A DNA stretch of 64,000 nt from Octopus sinensis (Eukaryota). The notes beneath the pieces were generated by a model. That model was not told the origin of the DNA and made no database searches. It worked only from the letters and a program-made list of their open reading frames with translations. Where the stretch lies: the NCBI RefSeq assembly GCF_006345805.1, contig NC_043009.1, positions 45,508,001 through 45,572,000 on the forward strand. The letters are read 5' to 3'. The translations under genes were made by a program, and so were the position numbers. Of this stretch, positions 40,867 through 55,320 are shown in pieces; the first letter of the stretch is position 1, and the number at the start of each line of letters is the position of its first letter.

Positions 40867-40899
<33 letters not shown>

Positions 40900-41267
40900 C
40901 GCGCAATCACACACGCACACACGTGTGCATATACATAAAATGCATTGCGTAGAGTTTGTATTCGTTATTGAATATGTTTTACTTAATTGTCCATGAGCCA
41001 GATCCTACCAAGCTCCTGTAGTATTCGTCGAATATCCGCTTCCCGATGTTAGACTCAAGTCAAATTTTAGCTCAATCCAATTTGAGGATGAGGTCGTTCT
41101 TAGACATTGGTAAGCTTACTTGCCATTACTTAAGGCAAGCCACTTGATGGAAATTGTTGAAAGATCCTTTGTTACGATTCTTTATAGATCATCCAGTGTG
41201 CAAGATTAATATAATTTAGAAAGGTTGTGCACTACTACTTATTACTTTTTGTTGGCTTTGTTCACAG

Positions 41268-41677
41268 AAGTGGCTGTGTGGTAAGTAGCTTGCTTACAAA
41301 CCACATGGTTCCGAGTTCAGGCCCACTGCGCGGCACCTTGGGTAAATGTCTTCTACTATAGCCTCGGGCCGACCAAAGCCTTGTGAGTGGATTTGGTAGA
41401 CGGAAACTGAAAGAAGCTCGTCGTATATATGTATATATATATATGTGTATGTGCGTGTTTGTGTGTCTGTGTTTGTCCCCGCCAAACATCGCTTGACAAC
41501 CGATGCTGGTGTGTATACGTCCCCGTAACTTGGCGGTTCGGCAAAAAGAGACCGATAAGATAAGTACTAGGCTTACAAAGAATAAGTCCTGGGGTCGATC
41601 TGATCGACTAAAGGCTGTGCTCCAGCATGGCCACAGTCACATGACTGAAACAAGTAAAAGGGTAAAAGAGTGAAAGA
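41268..41677 (+). mobile_element. SINE family B, full length
   Basis: A/B-box head, CORE-like block, internal TA/TG run, GTAAAAG tail; homologous to 8032-8432. Confidence 0.88.
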
Positions 41678-42000
41678 GTTTATATTTTCCGTGTTAATTT
41701 GTTGAATATGCTGTATGAATATGTGAAATGATTGTCCGTGACAATAATTGTACATCTCATATTTTCTATTAGAATTTTATGACCGTTGCTTTAGTATATG
41801 CAATTTTTCAGATATGACTCTATGAACAATACTCCCAGTCATAATAACTTTGTTTCTGAGCATCCAGATAACACGTAAGAGTACTGGGAAGTTTAACTTG
41901 TCGCTAACTTTACATAAGTGCTGATGCTTGCGTGTCTTTATTTAGCGGTAAATTTCTTATGGCATAAATCGGTACAGTTACTTAAAGAGAATATCGCTTC

Positions 42001-42325
42001 ATGTAACCCAGTGGTTAGGGCAGCGGACTCGCGGTTTCGATTCCCTGACCGGGCGTTGTGAGTGTTTATTGAGTGAAAACACCTAAAGCTCCACGAGGCT
42101 CCGGCAGGGGATGGTGGTGATCCCTGCTGTACTCTTTCACCACAACTTTCTCTCACTCTTACTTCCTGTTTCTGTTGTACCTGTATTTCAAAGGGCCGGC
42201 CTTGTCACTCTCTGTGTCACGCTGAATATCCCCGAGAACTACGTTATGGGTACACGTGTCTGTGGAGTGCTCAGCCACTTACACGTTAATTTCACGAGCA
42301 GGCTGTTCCATTGATTCGGATCAAC
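42001..42325 (+). mobile_element. tRNA-derived SINE, family C
   Basis: TAACCCAGTGGTTAG (A-box-like) and GGTTTCGATTCCC (B-box-like) followed by a GC-richer body; single copy in the window, so family assignment relies on recalled resemblance. Confidence 0.6.
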
Positions 42326-42839
42326 ATTGGGAAAATAGGAGAGATATTTTAATTCAACATTTATAATCTGTTGCTTGTGTGGAGACTTTCTGTGTTTTCC
42401 TTTAAGATGTTTGATGCTAGAATTTATGGTGTCGCACTCACTTTACAACTTTAAACAGGTGACGTGTGTAGACAGAAACTTGTGTGCTATAAGAGCCTGA
42501 AAATGCATGTAGTGACGCGTGGTAGGTTAAGCCACATTTGCTTTGCTTCTTGACTCCTCCAGGATGTGGGATGGATAAGAGATTCTTCATTTAATCTGAC
42601 ATTTTAAAACTATCAATAGATTAAGTACCACAAAAATTACAGGTATCGAGATAATCGTCAACCATCACCAAAGACCAATACGTCTGCAGGCCAATAAGTG
42701 AATTCAGTGAAAGAAATAACAAAAAACAAGTTGAGCATATATGTTTATGAATTGAAATGCGCATACAAACCCTTATTTCTGTATCGCTTTAACCTCCTTC
42801 CCTCCCACTACAAGTCCATAAACACACGCACACACACAC

Positions 42840-42922
42840 GTGCATATACCTATATATATATATATATATACAGAGAGAGGGAGAGAGAGAGTGAGCGGAA
42901 GATAGACAGATAGATAGAGAGA

Positions 42923-42985
<63 letters not shown>
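42840..42985. repeat. (TA)n/(GA)n microsatellite
   Basis: Directly visible. Confidence 0.95.
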
Positions 42986-42986
<1 letters not shown>

Positions 42987-43654
42987 GACATATACATGTA
43001 TTAGAAATAACTATCTAGAGGCTGAAAAATGGAAGTATGCATCCTATGTTGTTGATCGGAATATATGTATATAAAGTAAAAATAACTCTGAGTTGAAATA
43101 TCTTTTGAAATATATTTATTGTATGTCATATATTATTTTTGTCATTTTTGTCATTTTTGATGTTTCCGAATACATCATTTCTTTCTCTCGATGCATTAGC
43201 TGAAAATACAAAGGAAAATATTGCTACATGTCAAAATGGCAAAAGAATTATGTTGGAAGTAATATTATTTATTGGTTCGTCAACAGTGAAAATGAAGTAT
43301 TTACCTGCCACATAGAGACCGTTTTGTCAGAAGGATACAGGAAGGATGAAGTTATATAGAAATAAAATATTTTTTCCATCCTGCGTTTTTTATCTTTTGA
43401 TGTTCAACGACCAAGAAATAAAATGACATACTATGATAAGTTAAGAGTACTTCATTCTGACTTTACTAGTTTGATAAACAATGTATGCTTTATAATCCTG
43501 CGCATGTCTGTTTTTCACTATTGTTAGTAAGCTTGCTTCTGTGGGATATGTATTTGCTTTTCGGTGAGAAAATATCAATAATAAATAGTTTTTATTAGAG
43601 TACATCTCTATTTAACGTCCTTACGTTATAGAAAATCACGATCACGTCATAGAG

Positions 43655-43752
43655 TTATATAATTTATCTTCTTTCAGAGAACTGATGACGGAAGGATTCT
43701 TAATATAGGCCTATTTTATGAATTAGTCAAGTCACGTTCGAGAGAGGTAATG
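43655..43752 (+). repeat. About 100-bp interspersed repeat, copy 2
   Basis: See 40761-40860. Confidence 0.7.
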
Positions 43753-44339
43753 TTTGATAATTGACCACGGTGTCATATTTTGTTAGAGAACAGTTAACTC
43801 TTGTCGGACTTTAGATAGAAATCGGAATGTTATTCCGTATTGTACCCCACCAAAACATAGATATTTATGAAAATAGAGCTAACTGTATTATACGTGTTAC
43901 ACAACGAGACAGTATCGTACGATAGAATCTCGAAGCTGAAAAAAATATGTGATGGTATTAGCTCAATGATCATTTTTTATAAGTGCTTGAGGAATTCAGT
44001 AAGAGGGAGGGAGGAAGATCAGACATGTTCTTGCTCTTTTCCATTGTCTGAGATTGAAAAAGTGCGAGGAAGGGGTGTCGCGGTTTCGGTCGCACGCTAG
44101 TAAGTGTATTATGTGTTTTGATGCAAAGTGAACCTATTATCTATTTGATATTAGACAGAGCTAATCTTCTTGCATCGTTTTATCATGTCTTGCGGAAGTT
44201 ACGTTAAATTTAGAACATCCTTTTGACAAAAACGAAAAAAAAAATCTGTACAATATGGATTACTACTATAATCGTTTAAGCGCTTATGAAATGTACAGCC
44301 ACATGTACAACCTTCTTACATTCTGAGTTCAAGTACTGC

Positions 44340-45845
44340 ATTTCAATTCGGTTTCGATTTACGTCTATATGCCAGACTTGTTTGGAGGTCTCTATGCAGG
44401 TAACTAACACAACTGGCAACAGAATGGGAGAAATCCTAGTTCTGTGAGTCCAGGATCGCTAGTACTGCTAAGAAAGCATTCAAACAAGGGCGATCAAATA
44501 GAAAATCTGAGGCCCATGATGCAGCTAAATGCAGATTTCATTATTCTGGCCAAGGTATGTGCAAAGAGATTGACGCTCTTGTTGAGCAAATTGATGACGC
44601 ACAAACATACACCATCCCAAGAAAATCTATCTACAACAGCCTCCACCTCATGCAATGCATCATAGATACAGTAGGTGAAGAAGCTGGCACGGGTGGGGCT
44701 CTGATTTGGGTCTATCTAAAGCGTTCGATAGAGTGGACATTTAATTCGAAGCGAATCCTCTCACAGCGGTCAGTTGGGTCCCATTTTCTCTGGCTCGATC
44801 GCTGCAATAACCAGCTTGGTAGTTGGGGTGAATGATTATTTATCCGAACAATTTAGCATCATGTGCTCTATTCATCGGAAGTGTCCCCTCTCATCTCCTT
44901 CTGTATGTACTGTACCCAGAGCCACTTCTAAGGAAATTGAAAGCGTTGAGAATTGTCCCACGCGAACCGTGTCAGGATATGCAGATGACGTCACTGTCAC
45001 AATGTCAAAAACCAGGCACATAGACCTGGTCGGCACTACTCTAAAGGAATATGAGGCGGTGACAGGAGCTGAACTTAACCAAGAAAAGTCAGTGAGCCAC
45101 GAGCTCGGCACCTGCAAAGGCAGGTCCATGCCATCCAACAACTTAGAACGCTGAACGGAAGGATCTGTTAAATTGGTTGGGGTCTCGTTTGGTCTGGATC
45201 TCTTGGTGGAGAATAACTGGAACGAGGTGACGAGCAGGGTGGTCAATCTTACCCAAGAATGGATCATGAGAAGGTTATTCTCGAAAGGTCGCGAAGATGT
45301 GCCGAATGCTTATATTGCTGACGTTATATATTACCACCTGACTACCGTGCCTAGCTCCAGCTTAGGTCTGACAAAATTAAGGCGCGTAATTTTCCGCTTT
45401 CTGTGGAAGAGATGTTTTTCATTGGCCAGCCACTCGATTCGTTGCCAACAGTTGCTCGATTCGTTGCCAACAGCCGCTGAATGGAGGACTGGGCATGTCG
45501 CTTATGAGCATACATGCTCTGAGACTACGACACCTCTAGCTCTTCCTTGATGGTGAGCAAGTGTGGTCGATGTTTGTGATAGATGATTTTCCACTGCTCG
45601 TATTTTTGACTAAGTTGCAGTCCTGCAGTGCTGCGTAGACCGAAGCAGAGTGACTGGCACCTAGAGTGTCATCAGATGCTCACTGTACTCAGTCAGTCGG
45701 GCAATGCGGCAGTGAAAGTTCCACGCAGGCGTTCGTTCTATAGAGGATTTGTGGCAGCCAAGTGCGATGACGTCTTCAGGATACTCAACTAGTTTGGTCT
45801 GTCACTGACTTTCAGGCCAGAGCCTATGAATAACTTCCAGCAAGT
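44340..45845 (+). mobile_element. Old, decayed copy of the Tx1-like LINE (RT region)
   Basis: Nucleotide similarity to 30000-31530 (e.g. ATGCCAGACTTGTTTGGAG; GYADDVTV; YEAVTGA.LNQEKSV; CCTATGAATAACTTCCAG); many stops and indels. Confidence 0.85.
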
Positions 45846-47199
45846 ATCAGTTCTTCCGTCTCCTTTAAAAAAATATGCTCTAACGATCTCTAGGATTTTT
45901 CTACTTCATCATCATCATCATTATCATCGTCATCGTCGTCGTCGTCTTCGTCGTTTTTGTTGTTAGAATACAGTCTCATAAAACAAAATTGTCGGCAACT
46001 CTCGAAACACTTCATGCTGATGTTCTTGATGACGTTTCCTTCATACCTGATAAAACAGTTAATTGATTGAAGTGTTACTGCTATCATTTATTTAGAGAGA
46101 AATGGTCTAGTTGCTACACTGTTGACTCCCCACAATAAGACAGTATAAATTGAAGAGGCGATTTGGTTGCTACTTCTAGGAGGTAGTATTCACAGTTAGG
46201 TTCCAGCCTAGGATCATGTAGATTAGCTCTGCTTATTTTTAGAGTTAAATGAATATGGCGTATTGTACAATAGTTATGCACTATAGAAACCCTTCAAGGC
46301 TCTGATAGAATTCTAAGAAACCACTGAATATTTTTATTATTGGTAATGATACATTTACCATCATCCACATATGAAAAAATTAATAGTATTCGATCTTTTT
46401 AGCTGTACAATTGGTATTTCCATTTAATCGAAACTTTGGAGTATTTCCATTTGTTCATTAAAATAAAACATTTATTCTAGAGAAAAGAAATGTGAAATGC
46501 AATTTATTTTATTCGATATAATTCTTATTTCAGCCTTGATGTTTATTTGTTTGTTTCGTTTAGCAAATCTATCTAACTTTTTTTTTAATGTGGAAAAGGT
46601 TAAGTTGCAAGAAATAACTGGTTAGCCGAAAAGCTCTAGCATTTGCTCGTATTCGCAGGGATTTTTGCATATTCCAGTACTATAAAAATTGAATAGAGAA
46701 TTACACATTTTGTAGTTTATTAGTAGTTGAAACGAATTTCTTTAAATACAAGAAAAGTAACGACACAACACAAAGTCAAATAAAAAATACCATAGTTTTT
46801 TTTCTTTAATAGTGACACAACACCTACCATGTACGCAAGCATATAAGACTCACTTTAGCATAAGATTCACTCCTATTTTCCAAGTATATTTTGTAGGAGA
46901 AAACTATATGATTCTGTGCATGTAAACATAACATTGTGACAATATAGTAAAATTAGATGAAATCATATATTTCTGATAAACCATATACTTATTTATATTT
47001 TGGTCAAGAAGACTGCCATACAAAATATGAGTTGTAAATTATGAAGAGTTTTCTATTTCTATCGAAGGTTTGTGGTTCAACCTTTGTCTATTACAGAAAA
47101 AGTATCTCAATACTGACATAGCCAATGCATTTATTGTTTTAATATCATTGTTTTATTCCCGCCATTTAATTTTGTTTCGGGTTACATCTTAATTCTCCC

Positions 47200-47545
47200 C
47201 CTGTACGCTTTAGAGATGTACGAGAGATATTCAACGAAATGCCCATGTTTCCAGAGGGGAATTATTCAAATTCCAAAGAATTCCTCTAAATAGATGTCTA
47301 TGATACTCCCCCACTACTTCTGCCCATGATCAAAGATGCACGTATCATCAGCAACTAAGCGACATGCTCAACTGGTTAAGGTCAAAGAGCTGACAAGCAT
47401 ACCTCTGGTATTGAGCAAAATATTTGCTGTAGCCCATCTTTTATACCTAGACAAGACATGTACTTCCAATCAGAAGACATGAGGGCCAGTGACTTGTATT
47501 GCAATAGGGCGCATCATCATCATCATCTTCATCATCATCATCATC
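47200..47545 (+). mobile_element. Probable LINE/SINE 3' end terminating in (CAT)n
   Basis: Complex sequence running directly into a (CAT)n/(TAT)n tail; resembles a recalled octopus repeat, but there is no second copy here. Confidence 0.35.
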
Positions 47546-47568
47546 ATCATTTATTATTATTATTATTA

Positions 47569-47641
<73 letters not shown>

Positions 47642-47680
47642 GTTATTATTATTATTATTACTATTATTATTATTATTATA
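47515..47680. repeat. (CAT)n/(TAT)n microsatellite
   Basis: Directly visible. Confidence 0.95.
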
Positions 47681-49029
47681 CAAGTAATCTATCATTTGAA
47701 TTTTGCTTATAACTGAACTTGACTGTTTTTGTGTCATTGTAACTTTTTCGGAGAATCCGTGGCATCAAAGATGCGTAATTTTGTCAGTTAAATATTTGAT
47801 TTTGGACGAACAGTAAGTTAGAGTTCATCTTTCTTCTATAAATTTTCTTGATCAGATATTTCTTTGTCATTTGGAAGAGATTGTTCTTCCACATTTGCTT
47901 TCGTGGTCTGACACTGGATATTTTTCTGTGATTATTTTCTCCTTTGTCTATTTGCATCTGCACCTATCATCTTTTTCTGTAATTCTTATCATACTTCCCA
48001 TCGCAAGATGAAACTACAGTACTATGGTTTGATAATTCTAAGGGGTAATATGTTTGTTAATCTATTGGTGATATTTGCAGTTCCTGCCTTTTTCTCAGTA
48101 CCTTCTGTTTGTGAACTGATCTGGTATGGTTCTGTGACCTTCGGCTCTCATTGTACTTGTAAGTCGATTTTGACGTCCCATAACCTCATCTTATCATCCC
48201 TTAAGCCTGCTTTGACTAGTCCCCCTCACTGTGACATAGAGTCACAACAAGCCATGAATGTGCGTCGTGTCAGATGTCTCTTAGCCCTCTTGTGTGTCTC
48301 TTACCCATGTACTATGGCACCAATTTATTTACAAGTGTATGCCGTTTTTGGATGTGTCTCCAGCTTTAAAGTTACATCAGAGAGTCACATAGTTTTACCC
48401 TGTTCATTTGAAATAATTCTCTTATATTAATAGAAAGTCGGTAATACTACTTTATGTAAAGGAAAATATAAACTACTTCCATTTTCTCTTAAGCAGAGTA
48501 ATTGAGATTTCCCTTTTGCCTCTCCTGGATCCTCTCCCGTTGCAAAGAAAATATTACTCGATTTTATAAATCTCCTGCGTATATTTCCTTTTAACTATGA
48601 TAGATCTACAAATCTCTATGTTCATTTTGCCTGAAAGTAAGTTTTGCCTTTACACAACTACTCTCTGAACAGATCACTGTATTTCAAGCGATGTATGATT
48701 ATGATATATTCTAGGATATGAACAAAATCAGATATGAGCGAGTGTATTGCCTACGCATTGCTAGTATTTAGTTTATGCCTCTTTCAAATCGAAGAGGTGA
48801 GAGAATAAACTAAATACTACGAGCAATGTTTGTCACTGATTTATAGAATATAGGGAGATCCAGTCAAGAACCATATCTCATCTCCATTGTAATATGATAT
48901 AATATATTATCTAAATTCATTGTCATGTACAAAAGAAGACACATATATAGTCTCTTTCTTCGCATTTACTTTATATTCCATAGCATATAGAGGTTTCGGA
49001 GATATGATATTGATTCCTTTCAATATAAA

Positions 49030-49168
49030 TGTATGTATGTATGTATGTATGTATGTATGTATGTATGTATGTATGTATGTATGTATGTATGCATGCATGT
49101 ATGTATGTATGTATGCATGTATGTATGTATATATGTATGTATGTATGTATCTATATATGTAGGCATGC

Positions 49169-49243
<75 letters not shown>

Positions 49244-49244
49244 C

Positions 49245-49286
<42 letters not shown>

Positions 49287-49303
49287 GTATCTATCTATCT
49301 CTA

Positions 49304-49355
<52 letters not shown>
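49030..49355. repeat. Compound (TATG)n(TATC)n(TC)n(TA)n microsatellite
   Basis: Directly visible. Confidence 0.95.
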
Positions 49356-52300
49356 CACGTACATTTATACGTAAGCGTGTGTAATTTGGAAATTACAATG
49401 GAAGTCATGTCCAAGAAATCTGAAAAAAAATTAGGTATGATATGATATTGACTTTTTCTTGAGTATTTAGGCCCATTTTTGCTGCTATTGAATTCTAATG
49501 CTATTGTATTGATTAGCTGCTTTCGCATATTTTCAGTGTAGGAGCATGTCATTATAGGAATCATGGTTATATATGTGAAAATGTCTTAGTAATTTTACAA
49601 CGCTTCACTAAACTTTCATTTCGATCATGCTATAGGTTGTGAAACACGACATGATTTCTCGCGATTGCGTCCATTGTAAGCTATGACACACTGTTTGCGT
49701 TGCGATAATGTCCTTGGTGGAAACGTGTATAGATATTCGACATAGTCATTAATTTTTCAGAGTAGAAGATATATTCAATTAATGAATTATTTTCAATCAC
49801 TGCTATAACATTCAGCTTTGATATTTTGTTGATGTTTAAGATTAATTCCCGCTGGATTCCATTGTGCTATTTTTTTTAAAGAGAATCCATTATTTGTTGC
49901 TTTCGTCAATCTAGGAGATTAGCCATTTGAAGCTGACAGGAAACGATAAAACACAGGATTATTTACCTTTCGATATTTGACTTGTGCTTGTGAGTTCAAA
50001 ATTTATTGAAGTTGAATTTGCTTCCTCAAATGCACCAGTGATACATAAATAACAATGAATTCTATGCCTCACAAAGAATCTTCAGAGGTATCGGCGAATC
50101 CAGCTTTTATAATTTCAAACGAATTAGGAATCAAATAATCCTTTGTGTATGATGCTGTATGTATATTATAAGGTATATTTCCAGATGACATGTTAACATA
50201 CCTTTGTGAGGTGACTCCGACATCTTGGGGAATAGCATGAATGTATATAAAATCCTTGTCCACCTAGGAACGGATTGAAACCCCAACATGAGCGTTGAAT
50301 GTACGAAAGAAGATCATGTAGTCTGCTACCTTATTTAATTGGCCATCTCGCACCTGGTCGTAGTAATATGTTACGTAAATACAATTGCCTCTATCGTTTA
50401 CCGATCTACTCGAAAGCGATGTCTCCTTTCTTCTACTGTGCGCAGACCGATATGAATGTGCTGCAGTAAATCCGAATTTTACTGGAAGTTGAAACAAGGT
50501 TATTTGTTTGATTGGATTTGACCATAACTTTAACATTGGTTCGTTATCGATAACTATACAATTTACAATTCTCACGAGAAATTCTTACGACTTTTAGCAC
50601 AAACTTCAAATTGATTTAGAAGTAATCTTGTAAATTAACATTATAATTTACCACAAAGTTTCATCTTCTCTCTCTAACATAATAATTGTTGTTAAATTTA
50701 ATTCGATGCAGAATAGATGTATGATGAAAGTCGTTCTAAATGTGGCCACACATGACCTTTATATATCACAAATTATATTACAAAATAGGTTCCAATTTTG
50801 AAAGAGACATACTCGTGATCAAGTACAGGTTTTTTTTCGACCAGTGCTTACTTATTTCATGCGGATTTTCCATAATAACAAACCTCTTCAGAAAAGTCAT
50901 ATGGAAATGGTTTGCAGAGAAATGTTTAAAGATACTGAGTAATCATACAGCCCATTGAAAAGGTATTAAAATGTGTATTTTAGTCAAATTGAGAACTAAA
51001 TCAAATTGCTACTTAAGCAATATCATATATAACTATATTTATAAATATATAACTATATTTATAACTAGATTTGGTCTATCTGTTTATTTTAATTGGGTTC
51101 GAGGTTAAGAGTGCTAGGACAGGTGTGGGTTAGATTTATTCAATTCCAATTTATGAATTATAACACTATTTATAAGCTTAGGTGTGGTAAAAGTTAAAAT
51201 GTAACCTGACATATGTTCAACATCGTTGTACCTTGAGATTGGTGGTATATTACTTGCCCATCAAATATTTTTAATAAATTCGAATTATGATCTACATCTA
51301 GGGTTCGAAATTTTAATTATGGTCAATGTGTTTTAAAATTATGTACTCTGTTCCTATTACTTCCGTTAAACGCTATTAGAAATCACTGTGTGAATGTTCT
51401 TGCGTGTTATGGAAGAGATTAGTTAGGAGAGTCATCTTTTTTTAACCTTCAGCAAAACTAATGTCAGAATTTTAAACATATTGTAAACAAAAGCGTTCAC
51501 ATTGCCAGAGTCATTAAGATATCAGACAAAATGACTTACAACCACCTTGCATTCTGAGTTCAATTACACTGTGGTGTGTTTTGGGTAGCAGAATTAATAT
51601 CCCTTTTAGTAAAGCCATTTAGCATCTTAGGTGCATTTAGAGGCGTCAAATACATTCGCAAGGATTCAGAGCAAGTCTCTTGTTTGAGAATACCTTCCAA
51701 CTTTCCTCCCTCCCACTAGTCTCGTGGGCCCTATGAAGGGTCATGAGCACTGCCTTCCATCTTGACCAAAAGATAAACATATTTAAGACAATGATCATTG
51801 TAAATATATTCATCGTTGAAACTCTGCAGTTATAATGCACATGGCATCACATCTTTATGAAGTTAATAAAGTAACAAATCCTGTACTCTTTTTATCGGCA
51901 ATCTCCTTCCTTTACATTTAAACTTCTCCTGATCATTCAAATATAACAAAAATAAATTACTACTACATCTCAAATATATGAGACTGCTGATATTATCCTT
52001 CAATACACAATATATTAATTTAGAATCACAAACAGAGAGATTAGAGATTTATTTTCTTAAAATGTATTCTCTAAAAATTAATTAATTTGGTGCAACTGCA
52101 AATGTTATTTTCATCTTCTCTATTACTACTGTATATACCTCATCCAATCAGGAGATCGATGAAGCTTATGTAAAGACATAAATAGTGTCATAGTGAACTA
52201 AAAGAAGAACTTACATGCTTACGTAAATAACAAATCTATAAAGGTTCTGTTCTATCTATGACGTGAGCAATGCATTAAAAAACAGGATATTTACGGACAG

Positions 52301-52560
52301 GCTGGTACGAACAACTACAGTGTTATGCAGACCTATAGCGACCATTCGCTTAAACATATAACATATTCATACATAACTAAAGGCGTACACACACATCACA
52401 CATATGCACACACACATGCTCATACATGCATACAGACACACAGCCACATATAACAAACACATCACACACACACATATTTATGAAGACATGCGTTGGATAT
52501 AAAAATATATGTATATAAGATATAGATACGTGCGTGTGAACACACACACACACATATATT

Positions 52561-52600
<40 letters not shown>

Positions 52601-52605
<5 letters not shown>

Positions 52606-53285
52606 ATGTTGGTGTACACACTGGAAGGTAATGTAATTAAAAGTAATTTACTTCTGCTACACGTAGTTTTATTTAATATACAATTATACATATTCTCTGC
52701 TTCTCTCTCACTCACTCTCTAACTAACGTACACCATACACACACAGACACTCACACACACATAAACACATACGCACACACACACATGCAGGTACTCACAT
52801 GCGCGCGAATGCAACACACACACACACACTAAAACATACATAGAAGAAAAATGGTGTAGTATACATGTGGTACCTTCAAAAATTGATTCTTTATATCTTT
52901 GAGTTTAATTTTTTAAGTAACATTTAGAGTCGGAAATCATGTTCACTGTTCCACAGAGGTTAACATCGCATAAAATTATACACAAAGAAACATTCTTTAT
53001 TTCAAGGCTAAACCATATTTTCAAAGGATTACTGAAAATAAAATCTGTAATCCTTTACGATGTATAAATGACGTCCAAAGAAAATATAAAATATAAAATG
53101 ACTGAACCCTCTCTTTTTCCCTGTATATCTACTTCAATCAATCTTTCTACTCGTGCAAACATTTTTCCTCTAATATCTCTCTTTGTATTTATGCATCTAT
53201 ATGTTTTCACATTACAATTTTCTTTGATTCTGTAAATAATACTGCATATTTAAACTTAGCTATTCAACTATCCATGCATCTATGT

Positions 53286-53355
<70 letters not shown>

Positions 53356-54118
53356 GTGTGTGTATGTGTGTGTGTCTGTGGCTGTGTGTGTGCTTGCGTG
53401 TATGTGTGTGTGTGTTGTGTGTGTGTGTGTGTGTGCGTATGTTGGTGTACACACTGGAAGGTAATGTAATTAAAAGTAATTTACTTCTGCTACACGTAGT
53501 TTTATTTAATATACAATTATACATATTCTCTGCTTCTCTCTCACTCACTCTCTAACTAACGTACACCATACACACACAGACACTCACACACACATAAACA
53601 CATACGCACACACACACATGCAGGTACTCACATGCGCGCGAATGCAACACACACACACACACTAAAACATACATAGAAGAAAAATGGTGTAGTATACATG
53701 TGGTACCTTCAAAAATTGATTCTTTATATCTTTGAGTTTAATTTTTTAAGTAACATTTAGAGTCGGAAATCATGTTCACTGTTCCACAGAGGTTAACATC
53801 GCATAAAATTATACACAAAGAAACATTCTTTATTTCAAGGCTAAACCATATTTTCAAAGGATTACTGAAAATAAAATCTGTAATCCTTTACGATGTATAA
53901 ATGACGTCCAAAGAAAATATAAAATATAAAATGACTGAACCCTCTCTTTTTCCCTGTATATCTACTTCAATCAATCTTTCTACTCGTGCAAACATTTTTC
54001 CTCTAATATCTCTCTTTGTATTTATGCATCTATATGTTTTCACATTACAATTTTCTTTGATTCTGTAAATAATACTGCATATTTAAACTTAGCTATTCAA
54101 CTATCCATGCATCTATGT

Positions 54119-54201
<83 letters not shown>

Positions 54202-54267
54202 GTGTGTATGTGTGTGTGTCTGTGGCTGTGTGTGTGCTTGCGTGTATGTGTGTGTGTGTTGTGTGTG
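52601..54267. repeat. Head-to-tail tandem duplication, 833-bp unit
   Basis: TGCGTATGTTGGTGTACACACTGG at 52601 and 53434; unique portions appear identical, and differences are confined to the microsatellite parts. Confidence 0.92.
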
Positions 54268-55069
54268 TATGAGCATGTGCACGTGTGTGTGTTTATGCAA
54301 CTGTACAGGTGAATTCCATCCACAAACGCACAGGCACACGCGGAAATGTAAAAGAGACACACACAACGAAGTAAAAGAAAGCAAAAGAATGATTTCTCCC
54401 CTATGACCTTTCAATAGAATTTACGAACATACTTCAATCTCCTGATTATTATTATTTTTTACATATCTGGACATTTATCACTATACATATACACACAGCT
54501 GAATATATTTTGAATAGAGAAGAAATCTGCTTTTCAATTCAATGGAATCTTTTACACTAAATAATTTCCTCTCAACCCTTTAAAAGACTTATTGACGACA
54601 CACACACACATCTGAATATATTCTCATTACAAAATAAATTCAATTTTCAATAAATATTCAATAGAATATCTGACACAAGAAATCTGCTAAATCAAATAGA
54701 ATTTTTGGCACTTAAACCCTTGAACCTTAAATTCTCGCCCTACATTAATAATATATATAAAAGGAGTATTTAAGAGATCATATCAAACATGTTCTAAACT
54801 ATGCGCCTAATATGAGAACAAACTGTTCCCATTTCTAATTCTTAATCCTCATTTCCTAATTCTTGACTTTGAATTTTTGCTAAGATGGTCATGCACATCA
54901 AAAGCGGTAACATTTTACAAAAGCCACTTAATATAACAAAGATAAGAATACTTACCCCCTCCGATTGAAAGAAAAAGTAAAAAGACTCTACAAACATACT
55001 TTCCGCCTGCTTCTATTTTTACCTTTTGCCTATAACCTTTGGTTAGTATAGATTCTTAACCCCTTTTAA

Positions 55070-55151
<82 letters not shown>

Positions 55152-55226
55152 GTATAATATGCATGTACATTATATGCATATGTGTATATATATATAATGA
55201 TATATGTTACATTGTTATATATGTAC

Positions 55227-55257
<31 letters not shown>

Positions 55258-55283
55258 AACACACACATGTACACATACACACT

Positions 55284-55320
<37 letters not shown>

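Noticed and set aside
47745-48470. Possible R4/Dong N-terminal relic on the minus strand; ORF 48008..48430 on the plus strand
   Set aside because: No diagnostic motif; the ORF has no recognisable product
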